A stretch of 32,000 nucleotides of DNA from Halomicronema hongdechloris C2206 (GTDB lineage: Bacteria > Cyanobacteriota > Cyanobacteriia > Phormidesmidales > Phormidesmidaceae), in assembly GCF_002075285.3 (NCBI RefSeq), contig NZ_CP021983.2, positions 1,740,001-1,772,000 on the forward strand, read 5' to 3'. The position numbers and the translations under genes are program-made. The stretch's first letter is position 1. Each line of letters starts with the position of its first letter. The notes under the pieces were generated by a model that saw only the letters and a list, made by a program, of their open reading frames with translations, had not been told where the DNA came from and did not search any database. Positions 1 through 11,148 of the stretch are shown piece by piece.

Positions 1-393
1 ATTTATTTCTGCTTCGTATCCTTGGCTGTTATACAGATCGGTGTGGTGAGCCACCTCCGATTGATCGTACGGGGCACGTCCCAACAGATGCTTGAAATTC
101 AGTTCAATAAACCGATTTTGAGGACCTGTTGAGAAAAACTTCTCGCGATATAACTCAGAGAGTGCTAAAGCCCGCACGAAATCACGGACAGAAATCTCTC
201 CTTGGCGTAGGAGAGATTCGGCGCTGATAAGGCGCTCGCTGGCCATGATGTATTGGTTTCCGAATACCTGACGATAAGCCGCGCGAATGGTGGCTTCTAC
301 ATCATCCTGGGTCCAGTTAGACCGCAGTTCTACCCGCATTGACTCTTCGTAGGGAGACACCCCAAGGCGTCCCGCTGACGTTGTCACTGCCAT
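1..393 (-). CDS. cpcC: Phycobilisome rod linker polypeptide CpcC, N-terminal 131 aa only (gene runs off the left edge)
   Basis: ATG at 393-391. My translation [87 protein letters not shown]...[17 protein letters not shown] is a PBS-linker domain. It sits directly downstream of cpcBA. Confidence 0.8.
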   Translation of the reverse strand, partial: MAVTTSAGRLGVSPYEESMRVELRSNWTQDDVEATIRAAYRQVFGNQYIMASERLISAESLLRQGEISVRDFVRALALSELYREKFFSTGPQNRFIELNFKHLLGRAPYDQSEVAHHTDLYNSQGYEAEIN

Positions 394-496
394 TTTTCTA
401 CCTCGGCAATTTACAGGTACAACAATGCCCGGATAGGCAAACAACTGCTAACGAGTAGCTAACAACTGTCTGCCCGGCCGGGCTAACCAGCGTTCC

Positions 497-985
497 CTAG
501 CTTAGGGAATTGATGGCGTAGTCAATGTAGGAATTGGCTTCAGTCGCCGCATCACCAGACAGACTGTGGTTGGCTCTGATGTACTTCAGAGCTTCTACAT
601 ACCAGCTGGGAGATAGCTCGAAAGTGCTGTTGATTTCAGCCAAACCTGCAATCAGGTACTCATCCATGGGACCAGTGCCACCAGCCACACAGCAGTAAGT
701 AACCATACGCAGGTAGTAGCCGATGTCACGAGCACACTTATCCTTACCACGTTGATCGGACGCGTAGTTAGCTCCCTGCATTTGAGTGGTGTAGGGAAAC
801 TTGTTGTACACTGCCTGAGCAGCACCGCTGACGAGAGAGTCAGCCTTAGCGGTTAAAGCCTTAGCAGCTTCTAAGCCAGCGGTTGCTTGGCGTAGACGAC
901 CAAAAGCAACTTGCAGTTCGGAAGCGCTCAGAAAGCGACCTTGGGAATCAGCAGCAGCCACTGCTTCAGTCAGAGGAGTTTTCAT
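497..985 (-). CDS. cpcA: C-phycocyanin alpha subunit
   Basis: [25 protein letters not shown]... Starting at ATG 985 gives the canonical 162 aa. The track ORF extends 10 codons further upstream (to 1015). Downstream of cpcB. Confidence 0.95.
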   Translation of the reverse strand: MKTPLTEAVAAADSQGRFLSASELQVAFGRLRQATAGLEAAKALTAKADSLVSGAAQAVYNKFPYTTQMQGANYASDQRGKDKCARDIGYYLRMVTYCCVAGGTGPMDEYLIAGLAEINSTFELSPSWYVEALKYIRANHSLSGDAATEANSYIDYAINSLS

Positions 986-1082
986 AGCTGAGATTTCTCC
1001 GTTAATCTTCTGCACAATGAAATGGTTAACAGTCAGAGGATTGTGGCGCTAGATAGCACCAATGATTTAGCTGGGGCCAAAT

Positions 1083-1601
1083 CTAAGCAACAGCAGCAGC
1101 GGCCAAATCGAAATAGCTACCGACTTCGGACACGAGAGAGCTGCAATCACCAGGGGTGATGTTAGCCGGATCGTTAACGATGGCGATGGCGATTTCCTTC
1201 ATCTTTTCAACGCCAGCAGCCACAGAAGCACCGGGCACTCCAAGAGCAACATAGGTCTCACGGAGGCCGTTCAGGCAACGATCGTTGAGCACACTCGCGT
1301 CACCAGTGAAGGTGGCGTAGGTGATATAGCGTAGGATGATCTCCATGTCACGCAGGCAGGCAGCCATGCGACGGTTGGTGTAAGCATTGCCACCAGGAGC
1401 AATTAGCTGAGGCTGCTCAGCAAAGAGGGAGCGAGCAGCATCAGAAACAATCTTGGAGGCGTTACCGGTCATGCGGTTGACGGCATCAATCCGCTTGAGA
1501 CCGTCACCAACCATCCGGCTTAGAGCATCCAACTGATCATTGGACAGATAGTCGCCTCTGGCGTCAGCTTGGGAAACGACCTTGGTGAATGCGTCAAACA
1601 T
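1083..1601 (-). CDS. cpcB: C-phycocyanin beta subunit
   Basis: [27 protein letters not shown]..., 172 aa, the canonical CpcB length and N-terminus. Confidence 0.95.
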   Translation of the reverse strand: MFDAFTKVVSQADARGDYLSNDQLDALSRMVGDGLKRIDAVNRMTGNASKIVSDAARSLFAEQPQLIAPGGNAYTNRRMAACLRDMEIILRYITYATFTGDASVLNDRCLNGLRETYVALGVPGASVAAGVEKMKEIAIAIVNDPANITPGDCSSLVSEVGSYFDLAAAAVA

Positions 1602-2155
1602 CGACTCAATCTCCTAATGTTTTAGCTGAGTTTGGATTGGGTTCTCTTGACTGGACTAGCAGTTAGCCAGCTCAAGCTGCCTAAGTGGTATTAGGAGAGG
1701 ATCTTAAAGACAAGAAACAAAACCTACTCTCATTTGCTTATATTTCTTCAATGTCGCTCACTACAGCAGTCTGTAGTCCTGACGACACTGAAATGTTTAT
1801 GAGAGAACTCTGCTTCTCACGAAAGCCCAAGATGATGGTTATGAAACCATTGTCTAGATTGACTTTCACTTAACTCTATAAACCCTCCAAAACTGTTTAT
1901 ACACTGCAGTCGGGTTTTTATTTTTTACAAGTTATTAAGGGCCTAGGGGGTTGAACGCCTGTTCGGAAGCCCATAGACAGCAGGACTTTTGAGGTTCAGC
2001 GATAGTTGCCACTGATAGTAGGGCTTATTTTTCTTCATAAAACTCAACAATGAGTCCGGCCATTCCCTAAAATTGCACGTCATGCCTATGCAAGCATGCA
2101 GTTCCAGCTGGCCAGGGCTGGTTGTCCATCCCAAGCCTGATGCTTGTATCCTGAC

Positions 2156-5100
2156 TCAGAGCCGAATCAGGCGCTGCCTCAAGATAGCGGCTTGTTTCTC
2201 GGTTTCAGCCAGAGCCTCTCTTGCTCCCTGAACTACTTCATCTGGGGCCTTTTCCACAAAGTTAGTGTTACGCAGGCGCTGTGCAAGGGATTGTCGTTCG
2301 CTTTCTATCTTATTGAGATCTTTTTCTAGTTTGAGACGTAGAGCATCTACATCGACAATGCCACTGAGGGGAATTAGGACTTGTACGGTACCCACAACCC
2401 CCGCAAAGAGCTTGCGCTGTGGCGATGTTTCCTGCCTAGAAACTGGTTCTGCTGCTGAAGTTGAAGCAGTTGCAGTTGATATAGAGGTGGTTCTCCTGTA
2501 TTGGAAGGAGCCAACAATCTCCTGACGCCAGGCCGATAGGTTATGCCAGAGCTGCTGGCGTCGTTCTCTAGTCAGGAGATTATAGCCAATGAACCAGATG
2601 GAGTAGCCCATTCCAATCAATCTCATGGCAGATGCCAATAGAGGGGTGCTCTCAATGGCACCAGCAATGGCAACCAGAATGCTCAGAGTGACCCAGAGTA
2701 TGAGGACCAGTAACAGAGTAATTGCGGGCCGTTTGATATCTTGTGTCCATTGACTGACGTAGGCCCAAGGTTGATTCAGCCAGGACTGTATAATCTGCCA
2801 GGCGTTGGCCATGGAAACAGATCTGATGGTTGCATCATCCATGGCCGCCTGGCGCTCAGGTTTAGAGTGCTTGCCCTCAGTTGTGTTAGCCCCAATCGTG
2901 TTGTCTGCCTCGATTACTAAGGTTTCTATGCGACCCAATTGTTGAATATAGGCTTGGGTTGCCTGCAGAATGTGGCGCTCCTCTGAATTGCTACTTTGAA
3001 GAATTGTCTCGATCTGAGCTGACGGTTTGATACCGGCTTCAGCCCGCAAATTACGGATAGTGCGAACAGTACCAATGAGTAACTCGAATTGCTGCTCTAG
3101 GGCGTCATCGATCGACGCTGGATTAGGTTGGGGATAGGGTTGTAAGGCCAGGCAGGCTTCGTCTCCAGCCTGATTGAGAGTATGCCACACTTCTTCTGTG
3201 ATATGGGGAATGAAGGGATGCAGTAGCTTCAGAATGCCATCTAAGACATGGGCTAGAGTTTGTTGAGCAATTCGCTTGGAGGTTCCAGCCTGCTGTAGAC
3301 GAGGTTTAACCAGTTCGATATACCAGTCGCAAAAATCACCCCAAACGAACTCGTACAGCTCTTTAGCAGCTTCTCCCAGGCCATAATTGCCTAGATCTAC
3401 GCGGACGCTGGAGATGACTCTGTGAAAACGAGAGAGAATCCAGCGATCGCATAGTTCTATCGTTGCTGGGTCAGGAGTGCCTAAGGATCGGGGAGTTTCG
3501 CCATCTAAATTCAGCAATACGAACCGGGCCGCATTCCATAGCTTATTGGTAAAGTTACGTGAGGCCTCTACTGACGGCGATTCGTCGGTTTTGCGGTTGT
3601 ACTCCAGGCGAATATCCTGGCCGGCCCCAGCTACCTCTCGCACTAGGGTATAGCGCAGGGCATCGGTGCCGTACTTATCAATCAGCAACAGCGGATCAAT
3701 CCCGTTCTTGGCTGACTTAGACATTTTTTTGTTGTTTTCATCCCGCACCAATCCATGGATGTAGACCGTTTCAAAGGGCATGGTGCCGGTGAAATGGCCT
3801 GCCATCATGGTCATACGGGCGACCCAGAAAAAGATGATGTCAAACCCAGTGACTAGGGTGGTGGTGGGATAGTAGGTTTGGAAATCCGGATGGTTTTCGT
3901 CAGGCCAGCCTAGGGTAGAGAAGGGCCATAGTCCTGATGAAAACCAGGTGTCTAAGACATCGGGATCTTGCTGTAGGACGACGCCATCGCCAAACTGCTC
4001 AGTGGCTTTGGCTCTGGCCTCTTCTTCGCTCATGGCCACGATGAAGGGGGTCGCATCGGTCAGCTCTCCTCCAGTTTCACTGATGGCATACCAGGCAGGA
4101 ATCTGATGGCCCCACCAGAGTTGGCGGGAAATGCACCAATCTCGTAAGCTAACGAGCCAGTCTCGATAGACTTTGGTCCACCGCTCCGGAATAAATTGGG
4201 GAGACTGATGATTATCTAGATAATCTAAGGCTTTGTCTGCCAAGGGACGGATTTTAACGAACCACTGGGTGGACAGTAGAGGTTCGACAGGGACTTTGCC
4301 GCGATCGCTGTAGGGGACTGTGTGGCGATATTCCTCGACCCGAACTAAGTAACCGTCTTCTTGCAGTCGATCAACAACAGCCTGGCGACCTTGAAAGCGA
4401 TCTAGACCTTGAAATGGGCCAGCATTTTCGTTCAGGGAGCCATCCTTATGCATGATGGTAATCATGGTCAAATTGTGGCGCTGCCCCATGGCAAAGTCAT
4501 TCGGATCATGGGCTGGGGTAACTTTGACGCAACCGGTACCAAAGCTGGCATCTACGGACTCGTCGGCAATGATAGGGATCTGCCGTTCCATGATCGGCAG
4601 GGTCAAGGTTTTCCCGATTAGATGGTGATAACGTTGGTCGTCAGGGTTAACAGCAACGGCTGTGTCTCCCAGCATGGTTTCTGGTCGAGTGGTGGCGACT
4701 TCTAAATGACCAGACCCATCACTGAGGGGATAGCGAAAATGCCAGAGATGCCCCTCTATTTCCTTATTCTCGACCTCTAGATCAGAGACGGCAGATTGGC
4801 TAGCCGGGCACCAATTGACCATGTAGTTGCCCCGGTAGATTAGGCCCTCGTCATATAGTCGGTTGAAGGCTGTTAAGACGGCGTGAGATAACCCCGCATC
4901 CATGGTGAAGCGCTCTCGACTCCAGTCTACGGAGAGCCCCAGCTTGCGCAACTGGCTGACGATGGTGCCACCGGATTCCTCTTTCCAGGACCAGGCCCTT
5001 TCTAGGTAGGCTTCTCGGCCAATATCGGCTCGGGTTTTCCCCTGTTGCTGTAGTTCCTGATCTAAGAGGGTGCTGACGGCAATACTGGCGTGGTCAGTCC

Positions 5101-5356
5101 CGGGTAACCACAAGGTGTTTTGGCCTTTCATGCGGTGATAACGCACCAGCACGTCAATCAGGGCATGCTCGAAGGCGTGGCCCATATGCAGGCTGCCAGT
5201 GACGTTTGGGGGGGGGATAACAATGCAATAGGGATCTGCGTCAGTGCTTGGATCCGCCTGAAAGACTCGCTTGTCTTCCCAGTAATGTTGCCATTTTTGC
5301 TCGGTAACAGAGGGGTCGTATTGAGTGGAAAGAGTGGGGATGGTTGCCGTCATCAC
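2156..5356 (-). CDS. valS: Valyl-tRNA synthetase with an inserted CAAD membrane-anchor domain
   Basis: Class I aaRS signatures are present: [14 protein letters not shown] (HIGH) and KMSKS, plus the C-terminal coiled coil. At 1066 aa it is about 150 aa longer than ordinary ValRS. The first codon is GTG at 5356; an ATG follows at 5353. Confidence 0.95.
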   Translation of the reverse strand: MMTATIPTLSTQYDPSVTEQKWQHYWEDKRVFQADPSTDADPYCIVIPPPNVTGSLHMGHAFEHALIDVLVRYHRMKGQNTLWLPGTDHASIAVSTLLDQELQQQGKTRADIGREAYLERAWSWKEESGGTIVSQLRKLGLSVDWSRERFTMDAGLSHAVLTAFNRLYDEGLIYRGNYMVNWCPASQSAVSDLEVENKEIEGHLWHFRYPLSDGSGHLEVATTRPETMLGDTAVAVNPDDQRYHHLIGKTLTLPIMERQIPIIADESVDASFGTGCVKVTPAHDPNDFAMGQRHNLTMITIMHKDGSLNENAGPFQGLDRFQGRQAVVDRLQEDGYLVRVEEYRHTVPYSDRGKVPVEPLLSTQWFVKIRPLADKALDYLDNHQSPQFIPERWTKVYRDWLVSLRDWCISRQLWWGHQIPAWYAISETGGELTDATPFIVAMSEEEARAKATEQFGDGVVLQQDPDVLDTWFSSGLWPFSTLGWPDENHPDFQTYYPTTTLVTGFDIIFFWVARMTMMAGHFTGTMPFETVYIHGLVRDENNKKMSKSAKNGIDPLLLIDKYGTDALRYTLVREVAGAGQDIRLEYNRKTDESPSVEASRNFTNKLWNAARFVLLNLDGETPRSLGTPDPATIELCDRWILSRFHRVISSVRVDLGNYGLGEAAKELYEFVWGDFCDWYIELVKPRLQQAGTSKRIAQQTLAHVLDGILKLLHPFIPHITEEVWHTLNQAGDEACLALQPYPQPNPASIDDALEQQFELLIGTVRTIRNLRAEAGIKPSAQIETILQSSNSEERHILQATQAYIQQLGRIETLVIEADNTIGANTTEGKHSKPERQAAMDDATIRSVSMANAWQIIQSWLNQPWAYVSQWTQDIKRPAITLLLVLILWVTLSILVAIAGAIESTPLLASAMRLIGMGYSIWFIGYNLLTRERRQQLWHNLSAWRQEIVGSFQYRRTTSISTATASTSAAEPVSRQETSPQRKLFAGVVGTVQVLIPLSGIVDVDALRLKLEKDLNKIESERQSLAQRLRNTNFVEKAPDEVVQGAREALAETEKQAAILRQRLIRL
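2411..2896 (-). other. CAAD-type insertion (two predicted transmembrane helices) inside the ValRS C-terminal region
   Basis: About 162 aa, including [24 protein letters not shown] and [23 protein letters not shown]. These interrupt otherwise ValRS-like sequence just before the terminal coiled coil [17 protein letters not shown]...EKAPDEVV. Confidence 0.75.
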
Positions 5357-5505
5357 AGAACCTGACTATCCAAGTTACTGACAGTTTACCTGTCGATTCT
5401 GCCATGACGGTTCTATGCAGGTCTAAGGAATTTGACATTTAGGGCTAAGTAGCCACGAATAGAGTCAAAAGACCCGCTACCCAGAGACAAATACCACTGC
5501 CCTGA

Positions 5506-6657
5506 CTACCCCAGCTGGACGATGGCTAGGCGGGAAGAGACTAAGCGGTCCATCCAACCCTGCAGGAAGGCGCGATTGGCTTGTTGCTCCTGGGGAGTGG
5601 AGGTATTAGGTGAGTAGGGCAACAGCCCCATCAGAGCAGCTGTAGTGACGCAGAACATCGACTTTTGAAAGCTTTGGCAGATCTGCACCCGGATGTCATC
5701 TTCTCCCCGCAAGCTGTTTCGATACAGCTGCAGTAGGTAGTCGGGCAGGAAGTGCCGCATATCTTGCATCAGCAGGGTGGGAGGAATACCGGCACCGCCA
5801 GTGGGCACTGGATCAGCGTAGAGGGCGCCATATTCAAATCGGCCTTGATCAGGGGGGATTTGCTGAGCTTGGGCATTGTAGGAGACGGTGCCAAGAAAAG
5901 GAGTCCCTCGGAAGAAAATGGCTTCCACGTAGGGGACAGCGGTATCGCCTAGAAAGGTCAGGTTAGCGGAGGCTGGCAGCAGGTCATAGGTGTGCTCCTC
6001 GATGGTGACGGCGTAGGTGATCGGGGTACTCGCTGCTGCAACTAGCCCTGCCTTGATGTGATCGACGACGGCTGGGATGGTGGTAATGTCTCGTCGCTCA
6101 TAGCGAGCAGCGAGAGCGATAAAGATATCGCTCATAACCCGCCAAAACTGTCCTAGACCACTGTAATAGGCGGCCTGGCGCACTTGCTCTGGTAGGAAGT
6201 CAGGGAATAGGCGATGCAGAGCTTGCATCAGGGGATTAGCTTTGATTTTGGCTTGGATGGCCTGCTCACAGGTTTGGGCAAACTCGGCCGAGTCAAGATA
6301 GTCATCGAGGCCGCCTCCGCCATGCCAAAGCATGGTGCGCATGCAGTATTCGGCATATTCGTAATTGATCCGATCATGCCACCAGTGGCGCAGCAGTTTG
6401 GCTAGGGTGAGCTCACCATTGAAGTATTTGAAGAAGGGAAATAGCCGTAGAAACTGATGCTCGGCAATGTAGATTAAGTTGTTTGAGTAGGCATCGAGAA
6501 CAACACCATAACTCTTGAGAATGCCGACGACCTCGATCAAGTTGGTCTCAGTATCGGGCAGGAGGGCCTCTCCCTGGAGCAGACGGTTGATGTAGATCTC
6601 TAGGGGATGGTTCGTTGGTGTCTCCTGGGTGGGTACAGTTTTGGTCATGGGTGACAC
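5506..6657 (-). CDS. CO2 hydration protein of the NDH-1 CO2-uptake complex (CupA/ChpY or CupB/ChpX family; paralogue not resolved)
   Basis: Family motifs WHDRINYEYAEYCM, YNAQAQQIP and GIPPTLLMQDMRHFLP, and a position directly downstream of ndhF-ndhD. The GTG at 6657 is the track start. An ATG at 6648 forms an ATGA overlap with the ndhD stop. 383 aa and no cupS-like ORF downstream. Confidence 0.85.
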   Translation of the reverse strand: MSPMTKTVPTQETPTNHPLEIYINRLLQGEALLPDTETNLIEVVGILKSYGVVLDAYSNNLIYIAEHQFLRLFPFFKYFNGELTLAKLLRHWWHDRINYEYAEYCMRTMLWHGGGGLDDYLDSAEFAQTCEQAIQAKIKANPLMQALHRLFPDFLPEQVRQAAYYSGLGQFWRVMSDIFIALAARYERRDITTIPAVVDHIKAGLVAAASTPITYAVTIEEHTYDLLPASANLTFLGDTAVPYVEAIFFRGTPFLGTVSYNAQAQQIPPDQGRFEYGALYADPVPTGGAGIPPTLLMQDMRHFLPDYLLQLYRNSLRGEDDIRVQICQSFQKSMFCVTTAALMGLLPYSPNTSTPQEQQANRAFLQGWMDRLVSSRLAIVQLG

Positions 6658-8174
6658 CTCTGATCAGCACAGGTTGAAAGCTGGGCAACGGTGGCAGTGG
6701 CAGGTCGTCGCATGGCCAGGGCTGTATTCTCGCTCCAGCGCAGCATTAAGCTGGGTTGCAGGCCCAGTAGGACGATGATGCTGGCAAGCACCACGGCGGG
6801 GATGCGATCGCGCCAGAGGACTCGAGGTAGATTGATATCTATCTGAGGGGTAGGCGAGAGAGGTGCGATCGCAAGACGACCAAAGAAAGCTCGATTGACT
6901 AGCAGCAAGAAATACACCGCAGTCAGGCCAGACCCCACCATACACAGTAGAGTTTGCACAGGGAAAGACAGGAGGCTGCCGCGGAACACGATGAATTCGG
7001 CAATAAACCCGACCATGCCAGGAATACCGGCACTAGCCATTACACCCAAGATCATCAAAGACCCGACAATTGGCAAGCCCCGCTCAGGATTCAGCAGTCC
7101 CCTCAAAACTGTCAGATCTCGAGTACCAGTCTTGTGGTAAACAATGCCTACCAACAGGAAGAGCAGCCCTGAAATCAGACCATGGCTAACCATTTGAAAT
7201 ACAGTGCCCAAGAGGCTCAAGGGGTTAGCCGCTGCTGTGGCCAGGAGGATATACCCCATATGGCCAATGGAACTGTAAGCCACCATCTTCTTCATATCTT
7301 GCTGGGCAATGGCTGCTAAAGACCCATAGAGCACGCTAATTACGGCCCATGTCGCCAGCCAAGGAGCCAGGTATTCCCAGGCCGATGGAAACAACCCCAG
7401 ACCAAAACGGACCATGCCATAGGTTCCTAATTTCAGCAACACCCCAGCCAGGAGTACAGACACTGGTGTTGAGGCCTCCACATGGGCATCAGGTAACCAA
7501 GTGTGAAACGGAAATAACGGAATCTTGATACCAAAGCCCACGAGTAGCGTGGCGAGTAAGATCAACTGCTGAACCAGGGGCAAAGACTGGGAAAGTAACG
7601 GGCTGTAGTCAAAGGTAGCCCCTCCTGATAGCCACCCCAGGCCCAGGAAGGCGCCCAGAATTAAAATGCCAGATAGGGCTGTATAAATTAAAAACTTGGT
7701 GGCAGCATAGCCGCGGCGAGCTCCCCCCCAAATAGCGATTAATAGATAGAGAGGAATCAGCTCGATTTCATAAAACAAGAAGAACAGCAGTAGGTTCTGA
7801 GCCAAAAATGCGCCAGCCACAGCTCCATTAATCAGCAACATCAGCGAAAAATATAGCCGCGGTCGTCGCTGCTCCGGAGAACTGCTATAGACTGCAATCA
7901 GGCTCAGTAGGCTATTAATGAAGACCAAGGGTAACGAGAGTCCATCAACCCCGAGCTGGTAAGTCAACCCTAGTGTTTCAATCCAGGGCAATGATTCTTG
8001 AAATTGCAGTGTTGGGGTCAGCACATCAAATTGCAACCCTAAAGTAACTGTCCAGATCAGAGCAATGGATAGAATCCCTAGGGACAGTTGTCGTGGCTTA
8101 ATCGGATTAGTCTCTGGCCAGAGACTAATCACCAGTGCTCCGAGGGCGGGAATTAAGATTAAGGCGCTAAGCAT
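6645..8174 (-). CDS. ndhD: NAD(P)H-quinone oxidoreductase chain 4, CO2-uptake type (NdhD3/NdhD4 class)
   Basis: 509-aa polytopic membrane protein with proton-antiporter-like motifs (FPFHTWLPDAHVEASTPVSVLLAGVLLKLG). Lies between ndhF and the Cup gene. Confidence 0.9.
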   Translation of the reverse strand: MLSALILIPALGALVISLWPETNPIKPRQLSLGILSIALIWTVTLGLQFDVLTPTLQFQESLPWIETLGLTYQLGVDGLSLPLVFINSLLSLIAVYSSSPEQRRPRLYFSLMLLINGAVAGAFLAQNLLLFFLFYEIELIPLYLLIAIWGGARRGYAATKFLIYTALSGILILGAFLGLGWLSGGATFDYSPLLSQSLPLVQQLILLATLLVGFGIKIPLFPFHTWLPDAHVEASTPVSVLLAGVLLKLGTYGMVRFGLGLFPSAWEYLAPWLATWAVISVLYGSLAAIAQQDMKKMVAYSSIGHMGYILLATAAANPLSLLGTVFQMVSHGLISGLLFLLVGIVYHKTGTRDLTVLRGLLNPERGLPIVGSLMILGVMASAGIPGMVGFIAEFIVFRGSLLSFPVQTLLCMVGSGLTAVYFLLLVNRAFFGRLAIAPLSPTPQIDINLPRVLWRDRIPAVVLASIIVLLGLQPSLMLRWSENTALAMRRPATATVAQLSTCADQRCHP

Positions 8175-8184
8175 AGGAGCGTTA

Positions 8185-10020
8185 TTACCAAAGTGACCAC
8201 GTCATTAACAGACCAAAGAGGCCAACCCCCACCACAATCGTGAAGAGATATAGTTGAGATTGACCAGAAATACTGTATTTGAGACTCTCTCCACTAAACA
8301 GGGAGACCAGACCGATGGCATTGACGAAGCCATCGACAATGTAGCGATCGACCCAATTGCTCAGTCGAGATAAGGTGCCGACTGCCAAAACAACTGTATT
8401 GCGGTAGATGCGCTCAGTATAGAAATCGTAGGCCAGCAAATCCTGCAAGACTCGCAGCGGGCGATTGAGGGAGCGCGATAGGGCTCGATTTAGAGGGATT
8501 GTGGCACCAATCAGGGCTCCAAGCCAACTCGATGCGATCAGTAATGCCATGGCAGTTTTATTGATGTACTGCCCGGGGGGCAGTAGGGATAATCGCTGCA
8601 GCAAGACAGGAACTAACAGCGTAAAGACGATCAAGATCACCATGGGAACGGCCATGGGCCATTGTACCTCGGGGGCTCGTCGGCTCTTGGGTTGCGCCTC
8701 TCCCAGGAAAATCAGTCGAAATACCCGCACCAGATTAAGGCTAGTCAGGCCACTGACTAAGAGAAAAATCCCCACCAGATAAGGATGTTCCTGCCAGAGG
8801 AAGTCAATGCCTAGGCGCAGCCCCCAAAAGCATCCCAGGGGCAGCATACCGACCATGCCCAGCCCACCGACGATGTAAGCCAGCGTGGTGGCCGGCATCT
8901 TTCTGGTGAGCCCGCCTAATTCGGTAATGTTCTGATTATTGGTGGTCAGAATAATCGCCCCTACACTCATGAAAATTAGAGCTTTGGCGACGGCATGGGT
9001 CAGGAGGATCATCAAGGCAACGCCAGGCCATTCGGTGCCAACGGCAATAAACACGAGGCCCAGATAGGCACTAGTGGAGTAGGATAGGGTGCGCTTTAGG
9101 TCAACCTGGGCTAAGGCAACCAAGGAAGCCCCAATAGCGGTTACCGCACCAATAGCCACTAGGGCATCAAGGGCAATGGGAGATAGCACGACGATGGGCT
9201 GTAAGCGAATCAGCACATAGGCGCCACAGGTCACCACCACAGAATTTCTCAAAATGGAGGCTGGATTGGGACCTTCCATGGCTTCATCTAGCCATAGATG
9301 CAGAGGAAATTGGGCACACTTACCCGTGGGGCCTGCAATTAGGGCTAACCCGAGCAGGGTGGCGCTTAGGGGGGCTAGATCGGCTGTCTTTACCCATTCG
9401 TAGAGATGATTAAAATTCAGATCCCCAGCCAAGGCCGATAGGGTAATCACCCCCATCAGCAATAACACGTCACCGATACGCTTGGTTAGAAAGGCATCGC
9501 GAGCAGCTGTAACAACTAAGGGCTGGGCATACCAGAACCCTACCAACAAATAGGTAGATAGGGTTAGCATCTCCAGCAGCGAGTAGGCTAAAAATAAGGA
9601 ACTGCTGAGGACAACCCCACTCATAGCTGCCTCGAAAAACCCCATTAGAGAGTAGAAGCGAGCCAGGGCCCAATCCTTATCTAGGTAGCCCAACGCATAG
9701 ATCTGAGCCAAGAGACTTAAGCCCGTAATCAACCCCACTGCTCCTAGGTTCAGAACCGATAGATCCAGGGCCAGACTTAATTTCAGATCGGCTACCTGGA
9801 GCCAAGGAAGCACGAGTTCCTGGGAGCCTTCGTTCCAAATACCCTGGAAAATTAATAAATCATGGATGAAGGCCAGGGCTGTTATCAAGATATTTAGATA
9901 AGCCGCCGGACGCGGTCCAGTGCGACGGATCCATCCCGTTGACCAGGGCAATGCTGCGATCGCACCCAGCAGGCCATAAACCGGTAATAACCAACTCGAC
10001 TCAATCAAAAACTGCGTCAT
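8185..10020 (-). CDS. ndhF: NAD(P)H-quinone oxidoreductase chain 5, CO2-uptake type (NdhF3/NdhF4 class)
   Basis: MTQFLIESSWLLPVYGLLGAIAALPWSTGWIRRTGPRPAAY resembles NdhF3/F4 N-termini. I prefer ATG 10020, which has an AAGGA upstream, over the TTG at 10044 used by the track. Confidence 0.9.
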   Translation of the reverse strand: MTQFLIESSWLLPVYGLLGAIAALPWSTGWIRRTGPRPAAYLNILITALAFIHDLLIFQGIWNEGSQELVLPWLQVADLKLSLALDLSVLNLGAVGLITGLSLLAQIYALGYLDKDWALARFYSLMGFFEAAMSGVVLSSSLFLAYSLLEMLTLSTYLLVGFWYAQPLVVTAARDAFLTKRIGDVLLLMGVITLSALAGDLNFNHLYEWVKTADLAPLSATLLGLALIAGPTGKCAQFPLHLWLDEAMEGPNPASILRNSVVVTCGAYVLIRLQPIVVLSPIALDALVAIGAVTAIGASLVALAQVDLKRTLSYSTSAYLGLVFIAVGTEWPGVALMILLTHAVAKALIFMSVGAIILTTNNQNITELGGLTRKMPATTLAYIVGGLGMVGMLPLGCFWGLRLGIDFLWQEHPYLVGIFLLVSGLTSLNLVRVFRLIFLGEAQPKSRRAPEVQWPMAVPMVILIVFTLLVPVLLQRLSLLPPGQYINKTAMALLIASSWLGALIGATIPLNRALSRSLNRPLRVLQDLLAYDFYTERIYRNTVVLAVGTLSRLSNWVDRYIVDGFVNAIGLVSLFSGESLKYSISGQSQLYLFTIVVGVGLFGLLMTWSLW

Positions 10021-10406
10021 CTTAAGCAGCATCCTTAGCAGCAAACAAGGAAAGGAATCGCTGGATGCGAGAACAGGTCCAGCGCCTCAACCAAACTCTG
10101 AAGCTAGCCAAAATCAAACCTAGCTAACCCGAGAGTTGCCTTTGACTTATACTTTACATTTACCGTTACGCTTACATAGCTTTACATAAAAGGGACTTCC
10201 CCTACTCGCGGAACACCAGTTGTCCACGGCTAGGCCACGGAAAGGGCTTGGTGCTATTAGAGGGCTGCCATCCAACAGTGGGCCAGAGTACCCTAACTGT
10301 CACAGCCTTGTCTCTACGCACTGCTACGCGTAAGCTCAGGGACATTACAGAGGACTTGCCTGTATTCAGAGCAACTTAGCTGATCAAGCCCAGTTTTAGA
10401 GCTGAC

Positions 10407-10438
10407 GTTTTTCCTTGCTTGAGTTTTTCCTTGCTTGA
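10407..10438. repeat. Perfect tandem direct repeat, 2 x 16 bp (GTTTTTCCTTGCTTGA)
   Basis: Read directly: 10407-10422 is identical to 10423-10438. Located in the ndhF/ccmK divergent spacer. Confidence 0.9.
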
Positions 10439-10621
10439 ATAGACTTACAGAACCAGCTCCGGACAGAGGTTAATGCACCTCAATCCCACTCGTGTAAGCA
10501 ACAAAAGTCAATGATTTTTTACTATTCTACCCGATGCCTGCCCTACTCCTAGGGGCTAATGGTAGAGATCGACCAGCCTTTTGGCCCCTTTCCACCCCGA
10601 TGTGGCCTGGGCAAATCCCGT

Positions 10622-10648
10622 GGAAGACACACAGGAAGACACACAGGA
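10622..10648. repeat. Tandem direct repeat, 2.25 x 12 bp (GGAAGACACACA)
   Basis: Read directly: 10622-10633 is identical to 10634-10645, followed by GGA. Confidence 0.9.
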
Positions 10649-11110
10649 CGGGCCTGGCTCTCGGGCTCCTTTTAGCTAATGACCAGTCGCCAGCACGTGC
10701 ACCGCAGCCTACTAGGGTCAAGGTTGATGGGCAGTTGCCGTTTAACCCCTGTCCCTAACAACAACAATTATTGTCAACCGATATTGGCATCGGGTATATC
10801 TCCTGTCTTCACAAAAGCCGTACGGTTAATTTCAGCTAGAACTCTGCCCTTTCGGTTAGCAACTAAATGCTGGGCCCTGCTTGACCGGGCCGCCATCGCA
10901 CATCAATCGCTGCAAGACCTGATTTGAGCGATTACTCAACCAAAATTGGATTTTCTTGAAGAAATACTTAGTATTACGATATTAGATTTCATGATATTCA
11001 GTATTAGCAACAATCATTGCGGCTTATATTGTCAAAGGCTCCATAGGCTCCTATGCTTGGTTTAAGTTGGAGTAAGTCAGGCATTTCTGTTGAGGTTTCT
11101 GGTTAGGGTT

Positions 11111-11148
11111 CCGTCCTTTTCTGTTGTGTCTAGGACGGTCCTTTTCTG
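11111..11148 (+). promoter_or_regulatory. Stem-loop plus T-rich tail in the putative ccmK2 leader (candidate attenuator or leader structure)
   Basis: CCGTCCT (11111-11117) pairs perfectly with AGGACGG (11132-11138), followed by TCCTTTTCTG. It lies about 80 nt upstream of the ccmK2 ATG. The motif GTCCTTTTCTG occurs twice (11113 and 11138). Confidence 0.3.

Noticed and set aside
1685-2134. ORFs 1685-1873 (+) and 1943-2134 (-) between valS and cpcB
   Set aside because: The region is the expected long cpcBA promoter and 5'UTR. The translations have no features. The A/T-rich tract at 1915-1927 is more consistent with promoter or UP-element sequence.
5208-5216. 9-nt G homopolymer inside valS, checked as a possible third frameshift site
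   Set aside because: It reads IPPPNV in frame within the conserved HIGH-region context, and the ORF is intact on both sides.
10527-10927. Three mutually overlapping ORFs (64-82 aa) in the ndhF/ccmK spacer, considered as a possible missing regulator gene or pseudogene (for example a LysR remnant)
   Set aside because: The translations are Arg/Pro/Leu-rich and low-complexity. They have no helix-turn-helix or other motif and no SD, and they overlap on both strands. There is no support for coding.
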